DNA of 64,000 nt from Selaginella moellendorffii (lineage: Eukaryota > Plantae > Lycopodiophyta): the NCBI RefSeq assembly GCF_000143415.4, contig NW_003314287.1:332203-396202 (forward strand). Reading direction: 5' to 3'. Each line of letters starts with the position of its first letter. Positions within the stretch are counted from its first letter, which is position 1. Below the pieces are notes generated by a model, which worked only from the letters and a program-made list of their open reading frames with translations, was not told the DNA's origin and did no database searches. Made by a program: the position numbers and the translations under genes. This document shows positions 1-16,077 of the stretch, in pieces.

Positions 1-950
1 TCCAACAGTACAGCAGCAAGGGGCCCATGACGCACACACAAAGCAGCCAAGTTCAGTGATTCCAATTAGCGGTAGCTCCTAATTTCTTTGCTTAACTTAT
101 TGCTTCTTCTTCTTTTAGTTTTGTGAAACCAAAGTGCAAAGAGCGATCATTCTGTCCCAATGGCGAGCAACACAGCGAGTATATTATTTTTCTAGTGCTC
201 CACTTGGGAGGTAGCTTAGACATTGTTAAAATCCTCTCTGATCACAGTCTCTTTTTGGTATTGGCTGGTCCTCCTTAGAAAGATTCTCTCTTTTTTCTCC
301 TTTTTTCTTTTCCTTTCTTCCATTTCGGACTCTTTTTCGAATAGTTTAGGATTAATAAGTCAAAGTTAAACAGAAATAAAAATGTTTGGTTTTTCTTCTT
401 TCTTCATGATGGCTGGAGATCGCTCGCTTGCGCTTGTGCTGCCAGAGGAATTCCGCCCGTGCTGGAGTTTCTCATTGCCGCCTTCTCTTGGGGAGGAATC
501 TGAGATTTCTTTCTGTCCAACACCGAAAAAGAAAAACAATGTTTTTGATTCCTAAAAACCACCAGAAAACGTCCTGTTCGAAGTCAAACCATTTGTTAAT
601 TCGGCGAATAAAGCAAAATGTAACACAAATGGCAGGCACTTACGAAATAAATATGTACTAGACATATCTGGAAAAGCAAAGCAAAGTGAATAGAAGATAA
701 AAGAGCAAAAGCTACCAGAATATATTCTCACGCAGAGAGGAGATATCATTCTTGTCATGCTCTAGAGGGTACCACAATGACATCATTTTGGTGTCATCAT
801 ACAAGCTTACCTGTGAATGCGTATCAACTAATCCTTGGAAAAAAAAAAACGAAAACAAACGTACCCCCTTACTCACAGTTTCTTTCATTTTCGCGAACCT
901 CCAAGCCCTCTGTGCATCAAGAACAAGGAATTAGCTTTGAGTTTAGCAAA

Positions 951-977
951 ACACACACACACTCTCTCTCTCTCTCT
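951..977. repeat. Compound (AC)n(TC)n microsatellite in the 3' region of the Bet v1-like gene
   Basis: acacacacacac followed directly by tctctctctctctc. Confidence 0.85.
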
Positions 978-1075
978 TTCCCTGTAGGGACTGTCTCCAT
1001 CTCGGGCACTCTCGCTATCACTGCTCTCGCAAACCCGAGAGAAATGGAAATCATACCTGAGCACACTCGCATCTT

Positions 1076-1664
1076 TCATGCGTGGAGCTGTGTCGTCTCG
1101 CCGAGCTGAGCCTCCTCCACGCCACTGTTGTATTCCTCATTGTGTGACAGCAAGTATGCCTCGATCGCGTGGAATGTCCCCAGCGCTCCCATCTTCGACT
1201 CCTCCAAGGACGGGCTCTCCACAAGGGGCTCGTACTCGAGCCTCCAGGTGATGGTCGTGCTGGAGCCATCGCCGCTCGGTTCATACGAGACTGTGACGCG
1301 GTACAGGCTGAAAACGATGCCGATGAATCCTCCATCGATGACGGAGGTGACCGTGGTGTAGTTTGCCTCGTCCACGGACTCCACTCTCTCCTTGATAAAC
1401 TTCACCATTGGCACGGCTGGTATGAAAGCACTAACAGGATCAAAAAACGCATTTGAAACGAGCTTTCTTTCTTTTCTTTTCTTTACCTGGTCCAAAGTTG
1501 AGGATCCTTACGCTGCCTGCCGACCCGTCCCCCTCCAGGCTTTCGACTGTAGCGAAGACCTCCGGCATCACCTTTGGCAGCAGCACGCTGCTGTCTTTCA
1601 TTGCTGCCCATAGACGTTTGAGAGGCACTTGCACGACAGTCTGCACAGATTCCATTGCTACCAT
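1076..1664 (-). CDS. Bet v1/PR-10/major-latex-like (START-fold) protein, 2 exons (1664-1487, 1416-1076)
   Basis: RLWAAMKDSSVLLPKVMPEVF..ESLEGDGSAGSVRILNFGP (glycine-rich EGDGxxGS loop) spliced by a 70-nt GT-AG intron to AVPMVKFIKERVESVDEANY..VIDGG..FHAIEAYLLSH, the typical PR-10 architecture and intron position. Confidence 0.9.
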
Positions 1665-2118
1665 TTCTCAAGAATCCTGCAGCAAGAAACTCTCAGTACA
1701 CCGGCGATGCGAAACTTCTGCCCCAAGGCAATGCTTACCCGATCCAAAGATACACGTATTTATTCACACTTCTGACGGCGAAAGGAACTGCGAATTTTTT
1801 TTTTGTGCGGAGTCAAGCTTCTCCACCGCCAACTGCTTTGTAGTAGCACTGCCACAAACGTCTCGATTCAGAATAAGTCCACGACAAAGTCGAATATTCA
1901 AGAGTAACTTGCCTGTATTTTAAAGGAGAGGCAGCCTTCTACTGACAAACCGTATTGCTTAGCAACTTCTTGATGCTCACAGTCAACAGCAGCCGTGGCC
2001 ACATGCACCGTCGCCTGCATCAAAATTTCTAAAGAAACGAAACAAGTTTGTCAGCACCGCTGCGTTGCCAGCTTTCATTCGCGTCAAAAGTTGATTGTGT
2101 TCGTTCTAGTAAGAGAGG

Positions 2119-3984
2119 TTACACGGTCCGCGGCCGCTTCATGCCGGACTCTTCTGTCTGTGAGACATCAGAGTCTGCTTGACCAAACGCAATGGACTCC
2201 GGCAGCATAAAACTTAGACAAAGCATGGTCTGCAGAAATAACAAGTATTTAATTCTCAGAAAGACCACACCATGAGCAAGAGTTTACCTTGTTTGGTGCA
2301 ACCAAACGCACTGTCCAAATCGATGCTCCAGGTAAAGATCCTCCGATAGTGTTTTCAGCAATCTGGAAAAGATCAAGCCAGATATAAAGAACAAAAGACA
2401 AGAATTACGAACATTCATAATGTCAGCAGTTGTTTGTTTGGCTCTCAAAAAGCAGTAGCAGTGGACACACGGCATCGAGCCTTTCCAGGAATCCTTTGAA
2501 AGCAAACCTCTGAAGGTGTCTGTACGACTGTGAGCACGGGAAAGAAAACATCGCTAGATGATTACCTAGGAACGTTAAAGCTGAGGCCGGCAAGTTCATC
2601 ACAACGTGATCAAAGTGCTCCCATGGCTTAGCTTCAACTACGTCTGAATGCACCGCATTTGTTTGCTTTCTTTTAACTTTAGCCTTAAGCGTATCTGCAA
2701 TAGACGAACACGATGCATTGAGGATAAACTCGGTAGTAAAGACTTCTTACCTGAGTCTTGTCTATCTGAAACACCGTCCCTTGGTGTGTTTCCCTTGTCA
2801 GCTTTGTTCAGAGCATGGGCCATTGCTGTTGTTGGATTCACCAGTTCCTTCATAAATTCTCGAGCGTCCATATTGTAAGCGACGATCCTGTTGCCGACCT
2901 TGTTAACGTCGGCATTTTTGAGAAGGTATTCCACACTTGCAGGATTGAGATCGTTCGCATAGACCAAGCATCCCTTCTGTGCAGCTGGTATGGCAAAGGG
3001 CCCGACCCCTGCGAACATATCACAGATCACCTGGCCAGGCTGAAACTCGGACACAAGCCGCTTGTGCTCGTGTTCAAGCCTTGAGTTCCAGTAAACGAGG
3101 CCGTAATTCAGGTGGAAAATGGCACCGTACTGCTTCACCTCTGTAACCATATTGTCCTCTCCGGCCAAAAGCTCAAAGCTCGGAACACGGAACTCGTTCT
3201 TGATAGTGCCAACTTTGTTAAGCACAGTTTTCAGCTTTGGATTCTTCTGCAAAGCAAACATGCCTCGGGACGTGGCTTTGGTGAAATATATCAAAACTTA
3301 CGTCAAGTAGAACCTTGCCAATCAGTTTTTTGTAAGGGAGATGCTCATCTCGGAGGTTAAGATGTGCAATATGTCCTGAAAGCTTCACTGTCAACGTGAA
3401 AAAAAAGTAGAAAGAAAGAAAATACCAATTGTCTCGAAACTACTCGGCACCTCACAAGTTTTTGGAAGAATCTCTCTTAAAACGTGATCTGTGAAGTCTC
3501 TGTCAGAGAAAAGCCATGAAGAGAAAAGGATAACAGCGTACCTGCGGACCAATGCTCGTAACTTAGTAGAATCTCATGCGGAGTCACGTCGAGATCGACA
3601 AGATCTTTAAGAGCGTTTAACTTCTCATCGGGAATTTCGTGCAAGCCTTCCTTTACCAGAGCAAGAAAGAAGGAGAAACTAAGCAAGCAATAGAAATGTG
3701 AGACTACTCACTTGGATCTTTCACCGATTCTGAGAAAATGACTAGCCGAGACTCCGCATCAGCTGGATCATTGACGATGTGCTTCACGCGCGGCTTGTCG
3801 ATGACATAGCTGACGAAACGAGAGATCCCTTCACAATCTCGAGAATACGCATCGGATTCACTCACCCGGCGAGCAATTTCGACACCTGACCGCACAGCCG
3901 CTTTGGAACGCGCAATGCTTGCAGCCGGAGGCTCTGCGCAAACCTAGATTCATCCAGGAAGAGCTCCGCCCGCTCCTCCGCCAT
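2119..3984 (-). CDS. TRM5: tRNA (guanine37-N1)-methyltransferase Trm5 (Met-10+ family), multi-exon; an in-frame upstream ATG at 4017 is an alternative start
   Basis: [26 protein letters not shown] motif [55 protein letters not shown]; last exon ends ...KRPRTV* at 2119. Confidence 0.93.
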
Positions 3985-4395
3985 AGCGGGAAGCACTAGG
4001 GCTTTGCAAACCTCCATCTTCGCGTTAAACCCCAAGCGGAATCTCTCAGGCGAAAGCCGGAATATGCCAATTTAACAGAATGTCTGGCAGAATGTACCGT
4101 GGTATATAACTAGCGGCAGTACCCTATATAACGCAATGGCGAGTGCGGCTATGGTGTGAGAGCTCGACGTAGGGTTAGCGGCTCCGCCACGAATCTCCTG
4201 GAGCTCGCGCCTCGAAGATTGGATGATCTACTTGAGCGGCAGGTTTGGCATTGCTATCCTCTAGGAATCAAGGCGCCGCGCAGCTGTGGTGAGCGATAAT
4301 CTGAAGTCTTCTCTCCCTCGCAGGATTAGAACCCTATAACGCGCCAAGAACGCGAGCGCGCGCCTGCAAACCCTAGGATAGGGCTTCCCGGGGAA
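3985..4395. promoter_or_regulatory. Short bidirectional promoter region between TRM5 and the CCCH gene, with telo-box and TATA-like elements
   Basis: Divergent ATGs about 410 bp apart; AAACCCTA telo-box at about 4368; TATATAA motifs at about 4103 and 4125. Confidence 0.5.
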
Positions 4396-5857
4396 ATGGC
4401 GACTACTGCCACAGTCGCGGTCACGACAGTCGGTCCCCCTTCCGCGCCGCCGCCGCACACCTCCGAGGAGGAGATCGCCAAGAAGAAGAACACCGATTGC
4501 GTCTATTTCCTGGCATCGCCTCTTACATGCAAGAAGGTATGTTTTATCTTTCTTCTTTGGTGATCCTGGTGGTTCTTGTTCATCGGCATTTTCTTTGTTT
4601 GTCTACAGGGCGATGAGTGTGAATTTCGGCACAGCGAGAGCGCCAGGCTGAATCCCAGAGATTGCTGGTATTGGGTGGGCGGGAATTGCCGCAACAGGGA
4701 GTGTCCATTTCGCCATCCGGTATGTTTTCCACTCATCTTTCGCGTACTTAGGAATTTTTTCTTTTTTGTTTGCTATGATGCTAGATTGATCGAAGTAGAA
4801 GCTGCTCTGCTCTTTGTTTCTTTTTTGTTTCTTTTTTTTTTTCGGTCTTCTCTCTTTGTTTGCTAATGATTCCGTTCTTCATTTTCTCGTACAGCCTATA
4901 GAGAGTCGCCCAGCAGCAGCTGCTCCGCCACCAACACCACCCGTGCCAAAGAAACCCGTCCCGTGCTTCTTCTTCTCCCAGGGCTGCTGTGCCAAGGGAG
5001 CCAAATGCCAGTTTCTTCACGAGGGTCCGGCATCAAATGCGATGGTGTACAGGCTCTCCGATTCCTCCAAACCAGCAACACAGGATTCCAGCAAGCCCAA
5101 AGTGGAGCCATCGACTGCGGAAGCCACTCAACTGCAGCAGCAGGGTAGCACAGGATCGCAAACTCCTGACAAGAGGAAAGACAATGTCTACCGCCTCCAG
5201 GATGGTCCGAGGAAAGGGAAACTAGCAGCACCAGCAGCAGCAGGACCTTCCAGGGAATCGTCCGAGGACTTGAACAACGATCAATCCGCCAACAGGACCG
5301 GCAAGCCACACAAGGAGAGCTTTACGTGGAAGCTATCGGACAGCCCCGCGGCGCAGAAGCAACCAGCGGCACAATCCTCGGAGGCCTCACCCCCGCAAAG
5401 GAAGGCGGAGAAGCACAGCCGGAAGTCGAGCTCGTCGAGCGGTGAGATGGACAGGAAGAGGAGGGAGTCAAACGCGAGCAGAGGGTCCGATGGCGGTGAC
5501 AGCAGCGAAGTGGTGGCGGAGGATTTCGCAGGGCCGAAGAGCCTGGCTCAGATCAAAGAGGAGAAGCGCAAGAACGAGGATTCGGAAGAGCCCGGCTCGG
5601 CATTCACGGCCAAGAGAAAGCCGAGCGGCCAAGGTGGTGGCGGTGTTCGTAGGAAGCTATGTAATGGATCGAGCAGCGGCGCTCATGGCGGTGACGGTGA
5701 TGGTGGCGGTGAGGGTGACGGTGGCGGTGAAGGTGACGGTGGCGGTGAGGAGGGCGAGGACGGTGAGAACGTGACGGGCATGGAGATCAACGGCGCAGAT
5801 GCTGCCATGCATGCTGACGAGGACGAGTTTGCCCGGAAGCTTGCTGGATTGTTGTAA
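4396..5857 (+). CDS. CCCH-type zinc-finger protein (three N-terminal C3H1 fingers, low-complexity C-terminus), 3 exons
   Basis: NTDCVYFLASPLTCKK|GDECEFRHSESARLNPRDCWYWVGGNCRNRECPFRHP|..PCFFFSQGCCAKGAKCQFLH; conserved FAGPKSLAQIKEEK and DEDEFARKL motifs of this plant family; GT-AG introns 4537-4608 and 4720-4893. Confidence 0.9.
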
Positions 5858-5960
5858 CTCGGAGAGAAAAAAAACAAAAATTTACGAACAAAAACTCTGG
5901 TATAGTGGTGTGAGGGGTTTTGTGGGTTTTAGGCGGTGACACGGTGGCGCTCTCTCAGCC

Positions 5961-6030
5961 ACCCAATCGGTCGGTTGGGATGTTCCAGCGCTAGCCCGGA
6001 AGTCTCTAGAATACAAGGTCTTTATAGTAG
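5961..6030 (+). promoter_or_regulatory. Hsp70 promoter: CCAAT box, heat-shock element and TATA-like box
   Basis: CCAAT at about 5963; GAA-gt-CTC-ta-GAA at 5999-6011 (nGAAnnTTCnnGAAn with one mismatch); TTTATAG at 6021. Confidence 0.6.
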
Positions 6031-6089
6031 CACAGCATTATCGGGCTCTAGGGCTAGGGATTTTGGCCAAGGAAGGAAGCGAGAGAGCG

Positions 6090-8654
<2,565 letters not shown>

Positions 8655-10435
8655 AGACTCAACACACACACGCAACGCAAAGCAAACACGCGAGAGATAA
8701 GTATGGCTTTCCTTCGTTTTCTCGTCTTTCCTTCTTTTCTATAAGCCGTGCGAGTGGGAAAGCTTCACAGATTCCTATGGTGTCAAATTTTTGTTAAATA
8801 GAGGAGGAGAAACAAAGCTTGCAAAAAGTTCTGAAAACAATGTTATGAGATGATCGATATTTCTTCTATATTGTTTATATGGTTTTGTGCTTTTATTTTT
8901 TGATTCCCTAGGTAGGTGCTAAGAGCACAACAATGTCAACACAAAGCTAAGTGTCTGGACTGTGTTCCTGACTGGTAGCTTGGGCCATGACACAAATGCC
9001 CAGGGGGCTTTGTACGGCGGTGACAGGGGGACTTTGTACGGACTGGTTGTCATGTTTCTCGATCGTATCTGTGAGTTCTCGATCATAACACCTCGCTAAA
9101 GCTTCCAGCTTCAAATCGATTTCTTTTTATGTATGCGAAGAGGAACGTTTGTTTGTGCATTTGGTAAGCTTAAAGCTGGAAAGCCCAAGCAAGCAGTGAC
9201 AAAAAAGTAAGGACAAAGATGGTCCACACAGCAGACAGTACCATAGTGGAGGGGGGTAATTTAAAAAATCCCCAAAAATGTATAAACAATGTAAAAAAGA
9301 AAGAGTTTTTACTTGTAGCTTTTGGTGTTATGTTCCAGAACTTTCCGGCCGTGTATCGGAATATTTTTGGATCGCAGTAGTACCTACGGAGATAAGAACG
9401 CAATTGAGAGTTTTTATCAAACTGCACGAGGCATTTTGTACGTCATGGTAAAAACAATGCAAAGCTGCCGTATTTTAGACCATAGAAAATCGTAAAAAGT
9501 AATAGAATAGATTACAAAGGTGATGTAACCCTCACAGAGATCTTCGTCTAACACCTTGGTTTGATTTGAAATGGACAAAGATGGCGGTTTAGAAAATTGC
9601 CAATGCACCAACAAATTACAGCCGCTTTGTATAATCAGCGTATTCTTTTTTTTTCCCTTGTGATGCGGCTGCTACAACCATCGCCCTCCCATCAGACCTT
9701 CCTTTCACATACTCCCAGTCAAGAAAAGCAGCGTCAGCATCCGACGTGGGGCCCACCTCCAGCTCATCGCCCAAGTGGCTCCGTCGTGGCACTACCCGTT
9801 CTGCCCGGATGTGCCACTTTGCTGCCCAGCGAAACCGGGGCAGCACGGTCAGCACGATCAACTTTATTTTAAAAGATCCGCACGACACGTCAGCAGCTCG
9901 ATATATAAATCTCACCGTAGCAAGCCCTATTGTAATGCCGCCATACGTTCTTCGTATAGTCCACCAACGACTACTTTTGCGTAGGCTACAGTATAGCGAT
10001 AGTGCGCATATGCTTCGCGAATCTTTCCGTACGTAGAGCGCAATAGTGACTGGTGACATTTTTGTGTGTTTGTTTCAATCCCGGGGAGGGGAGGGGATGA
10101 ATTTCTTCCCAAGCAAGAGGGCGTGAGAGGGGCGCGCAAGGGCGCAAGGGCTGGGGACTAGCGCCATCGCGGCGGCAGCATGAATCGCAGGTCAGATCTC
10201 GCTCCGGCAGCTCGGCAAGCGATCTAGCGATCTAGCGCCATCGAAATTTGGATGAAATATCGCTCTGTCTCGCTCCAGGCGCAGGGTTTTGGCAGCCGCT
10301 GGACGAGATTTCTCGGCGCATTGCTGGATCTTTGGCAGCGCTCGCCCGTGGCGGCATTGTCATTGGAATTCAGGGCTCTAGCAGGCACGAGGACCTAATC
10401 AACAAGCGCGCTCCTTCCAAGGGATTTTTCCAGCC

Positions 10436-12792
10436 ATGTCAGAGGATCATCAGCATAAAATCCAGGAACAGCTGCCAGAAATCGACTACTGCCCGAACGA
10501 TAGCCCGCCATGGCGTAAGCTCCATTCCTCCTCTCTCTCTTCAACCTTAAGAGCTCTTCTCTGATTGTGATGCTGTTTCTTGCAGCTCAAACTATCCTCC
10601 TTGGATTCCAACATTTTCTAACAATGATAGGAACCACGGTGCTCATTCCAAGCCTATTGGTGGGCAATATGGGCGCTACCAACGTAAGCCATGGCCATGT
10701 CTTGGCATTGCAATGGGGTTCGTTTGATTACTCACGACTATTGTATCAAATCGATGCAGGAACAAAAGGCTCGGGTGTATCAGACATTGCTGTTTGCTTC
10801 GGGGATAAACACTTTGATCCAAACGTTTGTTGGAACAAGGTTGCCCGTCGTTGTAGGTGGTTCCTTTGCGTATATTATTCCCATAACATCGATTACCAAC
10901 TCGCCAAGGCTACGATCGATATACTACGATCACGATGTAAGTGGAAGAAAATGTGCCCTCGGATTCGTTGATTCTGAAGGGTTGTTCTTTCCAGAGATTT
11001 GTTCACACGATCAGGGCAGTTCAGGGTGCAGTCATTCTTTCCTCTATCTTACAGATAATTTTAGGATTTAGTGGTCTATGGGGGATCATGTTGAAGTGAG
11101 TGCTTGGGTCTTCGTGTGCTATACAGACTTATGTTTGTTACAGGTACATTTCTCCTACAACTTATGCGCCTGCAATTATTTTGCTTGGTCTCGGCTTTTA
11201 TGAGTATGGCTTTCCAGGAGTACGTGCTTTCTTCAAAATCTAGTTGATTATATATTGTGGCTTTTCTGCAGATAGCCAAGTGTGTAGAAATCGGACTGCC
11301 AGCGTTGATCATTCTTCTCCTCTTTTCTCAGGTAAGCTGTCGTTAACTTCGTAGTGAACGTCTGAAGTGTTGTGGGCTCTGGCAGTATTTTAAAGCTTTG
11401 TCAAGAAAGAAGCTACCAGTTTTTGAGCGCTTCCCGATTATCGTGACAGTAATAATATCATGGGCCTATGCATATATTTTGACAGTAAGTGGAGCATATA
11501 GAGCCGCGACAGAGAAAGGAAAAGACCATTGCCGCACGGATCGTGCTCATCTAGTTGGATCTTCTCCCTGGTACGTAGACATTTATACTGTTCTTCGCAA
11601 ACAGGCTGATGAAACATGAATTGTTATACAGGATAAGACTTCCATATCCGTTGGAATGGGGCGCTCCTACATTTGATGGGGGCTATACATTCGCCATGAT
11701 GGCTTCCGCCCTCGTTGCTCAGATTGAGGTGTGCTTTTTTTCTATCGAGTTTTGGTGCTGAGACCGTAGCGTTTTCTTTTACTTCAGTCAACTGCAGCCA
11801 TTTATGCTGTCTCACGGCTCGCGAACGCCACCCCGCCTCCTCCTTTTGTTGTTGGTCGTGGAATTGGATGGTTGGTAAGACATTTAGTATTCAGTCCAGT
11901 GCATTTTTATGGCTAACTTCTTTCTCAACACAAACAGGGATTCGGGACGCTTCTGAACGGCTTGTTTGGAACCGTGGTAGGACCAACTATATCACCGTAA
12001 GGATTTTCTTAGACCACATTCTAGATCACACGGTGACTTGGTCTTGTTCTGTCCGCAGAGAAAATGCGGGTCTCGTTGGAATTACCCGTGTTGGTAGTCG
12101 TCGCACGGTGCAAATCGCGGCGATTTTTATGCTGGTCTTTTCGATCTTAGGTAAGCACGCTTGCAAAGTCGTATCTGGATGCTCACATTCTCCACCTGCA
12201 GGTAAATTTGGGGCAGTGATAGCTTCCATACCACAATCGATTGTCGCTGCTATCTACTGTGTGACGTTTGCGGTCTTAGGTGAGATATAGACATCTTGCA
12301 AGCCATTTTTTTTTTTTTTTTTCTCAAATGCTTCTTGTCTTCTTTTCCTTTTACTCGTGGCAGCTGCTGTTGGGATTTCGTATTTGCAGTTTGTCAACTT
12401 GAACATCACCCGGAATCTTTTTATCCTCGGCTTCGCCCTGTTCATGGGATTCTCCGTCCCACAGTACTTCTACGAGTTCAGATCGGCCAGCAACCATGGC
12501 CCAGTTAACACAAATGCGGAATGGGTAATTTTTCTTGTCACTGTTTTAACTCGTCTAAAACGTTTGTTTCGCGCTTGGACAGTTTAACGACATACTCAAC
12601 ACCTTATTTTCTTCAAACGTTCTGGTGGGATTTGTGCTGGCTGTGCTCCTGGACAGCACCTTGAAAGCGCATAAGAAGGATCGGGGAATGGGGTGGTGGA
12701 AGAAGTATCACAAGTGGGATCATCCAACAAATGAAGAATTCTACAAGCTGCCTCTCAATATGAACAGATATTTTCCTCCTCCACACTACTAA
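10436..12792 (+). CDS. NAT: Nucleobase-ascorbate transporter (NAT/NCS2, xanthine/uracil permease family), about 14 exons
   Basis: [51 protein letters not shown] signature [16 protein letters not shown]-terminal [22 protein letters not shown]. Confidence 0.95.
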
Positions 12793-13929
12793 GAGACCAA
12801 TAAAATTTCGGTGACCTTTTTTAACTGTATAGAATCTCAAAGATTTGCATTTTCAGCCACTCAAAATGCAAGCATAAACCAGCTTGAAAGCTTTCTGAAG
12901 TGACGTTCTCATACAGAACTTGGAGACATTCTTTTCTTTTTTTTGGAAGAACAAAGTTTCATTATATTTTGTTTTGATTTTTTAGGCTGCAATCAAATAG
13001 AATAGAATAGCCTTTTACATATTTGTCTAATATTTGTTTTGGTTTGCGGTATTTGGTGATTTTCAAGAGGAAGATTGCCATTGGGTAGTTCATGAGAGCT
13101 TGAACTCGGTAATAAGTGCACTCTCAAATGTGTTTGAATCGCTCCTCCCACTGTAGCCATGGTAGCCACCTTAGGAGAATGACTCCCAAACAGTCAATGT
13201 AGGCAGCCAGGATCATCTAATTGCGGTAAATTAATCAACTCTTTTCAACCATGTTTTGAAGAGATAGTTGAAGGGCTGTGTAAGCTTGTTACCCCCAGGA
13301 ACATGGAGAGTCGGGTGCAAGCATGGCGAGCTTGTTCCTGCGGTCACATCCCTTATGACCATTCTTAAAGTTAGTTAAATGACACATACAAAGCCATAAT
13401 ATTCTCTGTTGCAGTAAAATTCTCAATAATGACTAATCTAGATCAAGGGGAGGGAAGTGTTCTTAGTGGATTTGCTGGGACAACCATGTAGAGATGTCCT
13501 CTTGATAACATAGATGGAACAAGCCTTAACAGGCAGGCACACGCCAGTTAAGTTGATTGCACTGTTGCCGACCGTTGGTCGACCAGCCTAGCATGGTTAC
13601 AAGTGGAATGTCGCTCCATTCAGCTGCAAGCCTGTCTCTGAGAGAGTCTGGAACACAAGTACTTGGTTCATGTCTCCAACCATAGCCCATGAGAGCACTC
13701 CACAGTGTCAAGTTCGTGATTGGATGGAGTCATATCGAATGTGTCCTCCACACTTGCTGTAGAAATCTACCAGAGAGACCTTCAAACGCAAGCATCAAAC
13801 ACAATCCTTCCACTTTCTCTGGTAAGGCATGAGTACGTTTTTGTGTTGTCTAGCAGCTGAAAAGAGCCCAAAAACCTGGGTGGTGAATCTTTAAGACGAT
13901 CCAGGAATTTGTCTATGAAAGAAAAAGCT

Positions 13930-14200
13930 ACGAGTGAGTGCTGTGATTCTGGGAACACTCAAGGCATGTAGTAGAGCCAAGGTTGGAAAATCATTCATGA
14001 TAATCCAGTTTAGAGTGATCACCACTCTTTACATGGCGAGTGGTCTGGTTTATATGGCAGCATGGTGTTCGCAGCAGGTCTTTGATGGGATGACCAACAG
14101 GATACAGTGTCGTGGAACTCGTTGATTCAAGGATATGCCAGCAATAGGGAAATGCCAAGAGCTTTGGGCATCTTATCGCTCATGATCTCAAGAGGCACAA
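13930..14200 (+). pseudogene. PLS-class PPR gene remnant
   Basis: ILGTLKACS..., SQQVFDGMTNR(DTVSWNSLIQGYAS) across a frameshift. Confidence 0.6.
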
Positions 14201-14252
14201 TCACAGTCTGAGGCATCTCAATCAACAAGTAGAGACCAAGATTCTGTAGATG

Positions 14253-14543
14253 CTAAAAAACGATCACGAGCCAAGGGCTTGGTGAAGATATTGGCAACCA
14301 TCTCTCCTGTAGCACAGTACACCAGCTTGAGGATCTCCTCTTCAGTCTTCTAATGAACAAAGTGATGATGAGTGTCAAAGTGCTTGGGTGGCAATGGTAG
14401 TGAGGGTTGGCAGACAGAGCTATACAGCTTTGGTTATCACACCACAGCCTTGTTGGACCTTGCTGAGGAAGGCCAACCTCTACAAGTAAGGCTCTGAGCC
14501 AAATAAGTTCTTTAGCCATGTGAGCATTGCCACTTATTTTCAA
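14253..14543 (-). mobile_element. Ty1/copia RNase H remnant
   Basis: AKELIWLRALLVEVGLPQQGPTRLWCDNQSCIALSANP...ANIFTKPL, the copia RNase H signature. Confidence 0.85.
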
Positions 14544-16077
14544 AGACTTTAGTTCATTGAATAATTTAAGAAAAAGCTTGTCACCAATTTTGTACTTCTG
14601 ATGATTATAATACTTATTAGCCAGTCCCTTGTTTCATTCTTAATTTTGTCTCATGGTTAACTTTGCCAACTCAAATTTATCTTGCGAAGAAAATCACAAA
14701 TATAAAGCACCCAAACTAAAGTCAAACTCAAATCTATTGGGAGACTCATAGCTATATTTGAGTGCTATTATGAGTAAATTGAAGCAAAAATAAATACTTA
14801 ATATGGTTTTCACCTTTTATCTTATAATGATTTATTACAGGATAACCATGGAGTAAAACCTTAACCTTTGGACACGTAGGCCATAATCTAAGTTTTTATG
14901 TCTGGCACCACTGAACAAAAGGAATTCCCAAAGAGTGAAACAATTAGAGCATATAAGGAGCAAAGGGACAAATGTACGAAATGACATTTGAATAGTCTTA
15001 AAGCATTTAACATTTTTAATTCCAAGACTATTACACAAAACAAAGCCAAACAAAGTTTAATGTTATTTCGGTAAACACAAGGACATGAATATTCCACCAA
15101 TTAGCATGGTATGAAGTTTAAGATTAAACTCAACTTACATGCAGAACAAAGATAAATATATAAATGAAGGAGTCCTCAAATTAGTTGGCCATATCTAACT
15201 TACCTATTATTCTTATTATACATTTGAACCCCCCATAAAATTCTGCATTTAACTTAGGTCTAAACCTAACCTCCATTGATGAAGTATTTATATCCTCACA
15301 TTTATAAAATAAAGCTTTAGAACATAACACTACAAGAATTTTTTTTTTATAAAAATACAACCTTTCAATTATTTAAATATAGATGTATTCAATTTTAATG
15401 AAGAAATTTTTTTTGGCTACAACATTTTAATTACATGCTTTAAACTGTTAAATGTATTTTTTATAATGTCTTTATTATATTTTTATAGTGTTATAGCTGT
15501 CATATTGTGGATCTAACAATATTCACCATACTAATAACAATAAAGAGAGTGAGAATTGATGGATTCAATAAAAAAGATAGTATAGCTAAAAAGGATTAAA
15601 ATAGTAATCTGGCCTCTTTTATTATAAGAAAATACATGATAAATTTGTTTAAAGAATTTTTAAATATTTGGTGAAACATAGATATTGATATTATTCAATT
15701 AAAACTATTGCGAATAGACTTGTTAACAATACTCAGTTTTAGTTGATTTAACCCCAAAAAATGGTGCAATTTTCTTTAAATATGTTGTGATTTTTCTAGA
15801 GCTTAAAATATTAAACTTTACATTTTTGGGATCAATTGCCTATGGTTGATTACTTTTTTCATAGCACTTCATTTTATAAAGTGTGATATTGAATTGTAAT
15901 TAAAATATATTTTATGAATGGTAAATTTGAAACAAGAAAATTTCTTTTAAAATTTTTTCATCTACTCAATCAATTGCTAGGGTTTCGGTGGCAGACGAAT
16001 ATGCCACAATAGTGTTAAGAATATACCTCAATGGTGCTTAAGAATATGCCACCATGGTGAATTGGTACTAGGGCTTT

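Noticed and set aside
1453-1923. 156-aa plus-strand ORF
   Set aside because: Antisense shadow of Bet v1 exon 1 and its promoter.
9616-10059. 147-aa minus-strand ORF upstream of the NAT gene
   Set aside because: No recognisable motif or splice structure; it lies in the NAT promoter region and is probably a chance ORF.
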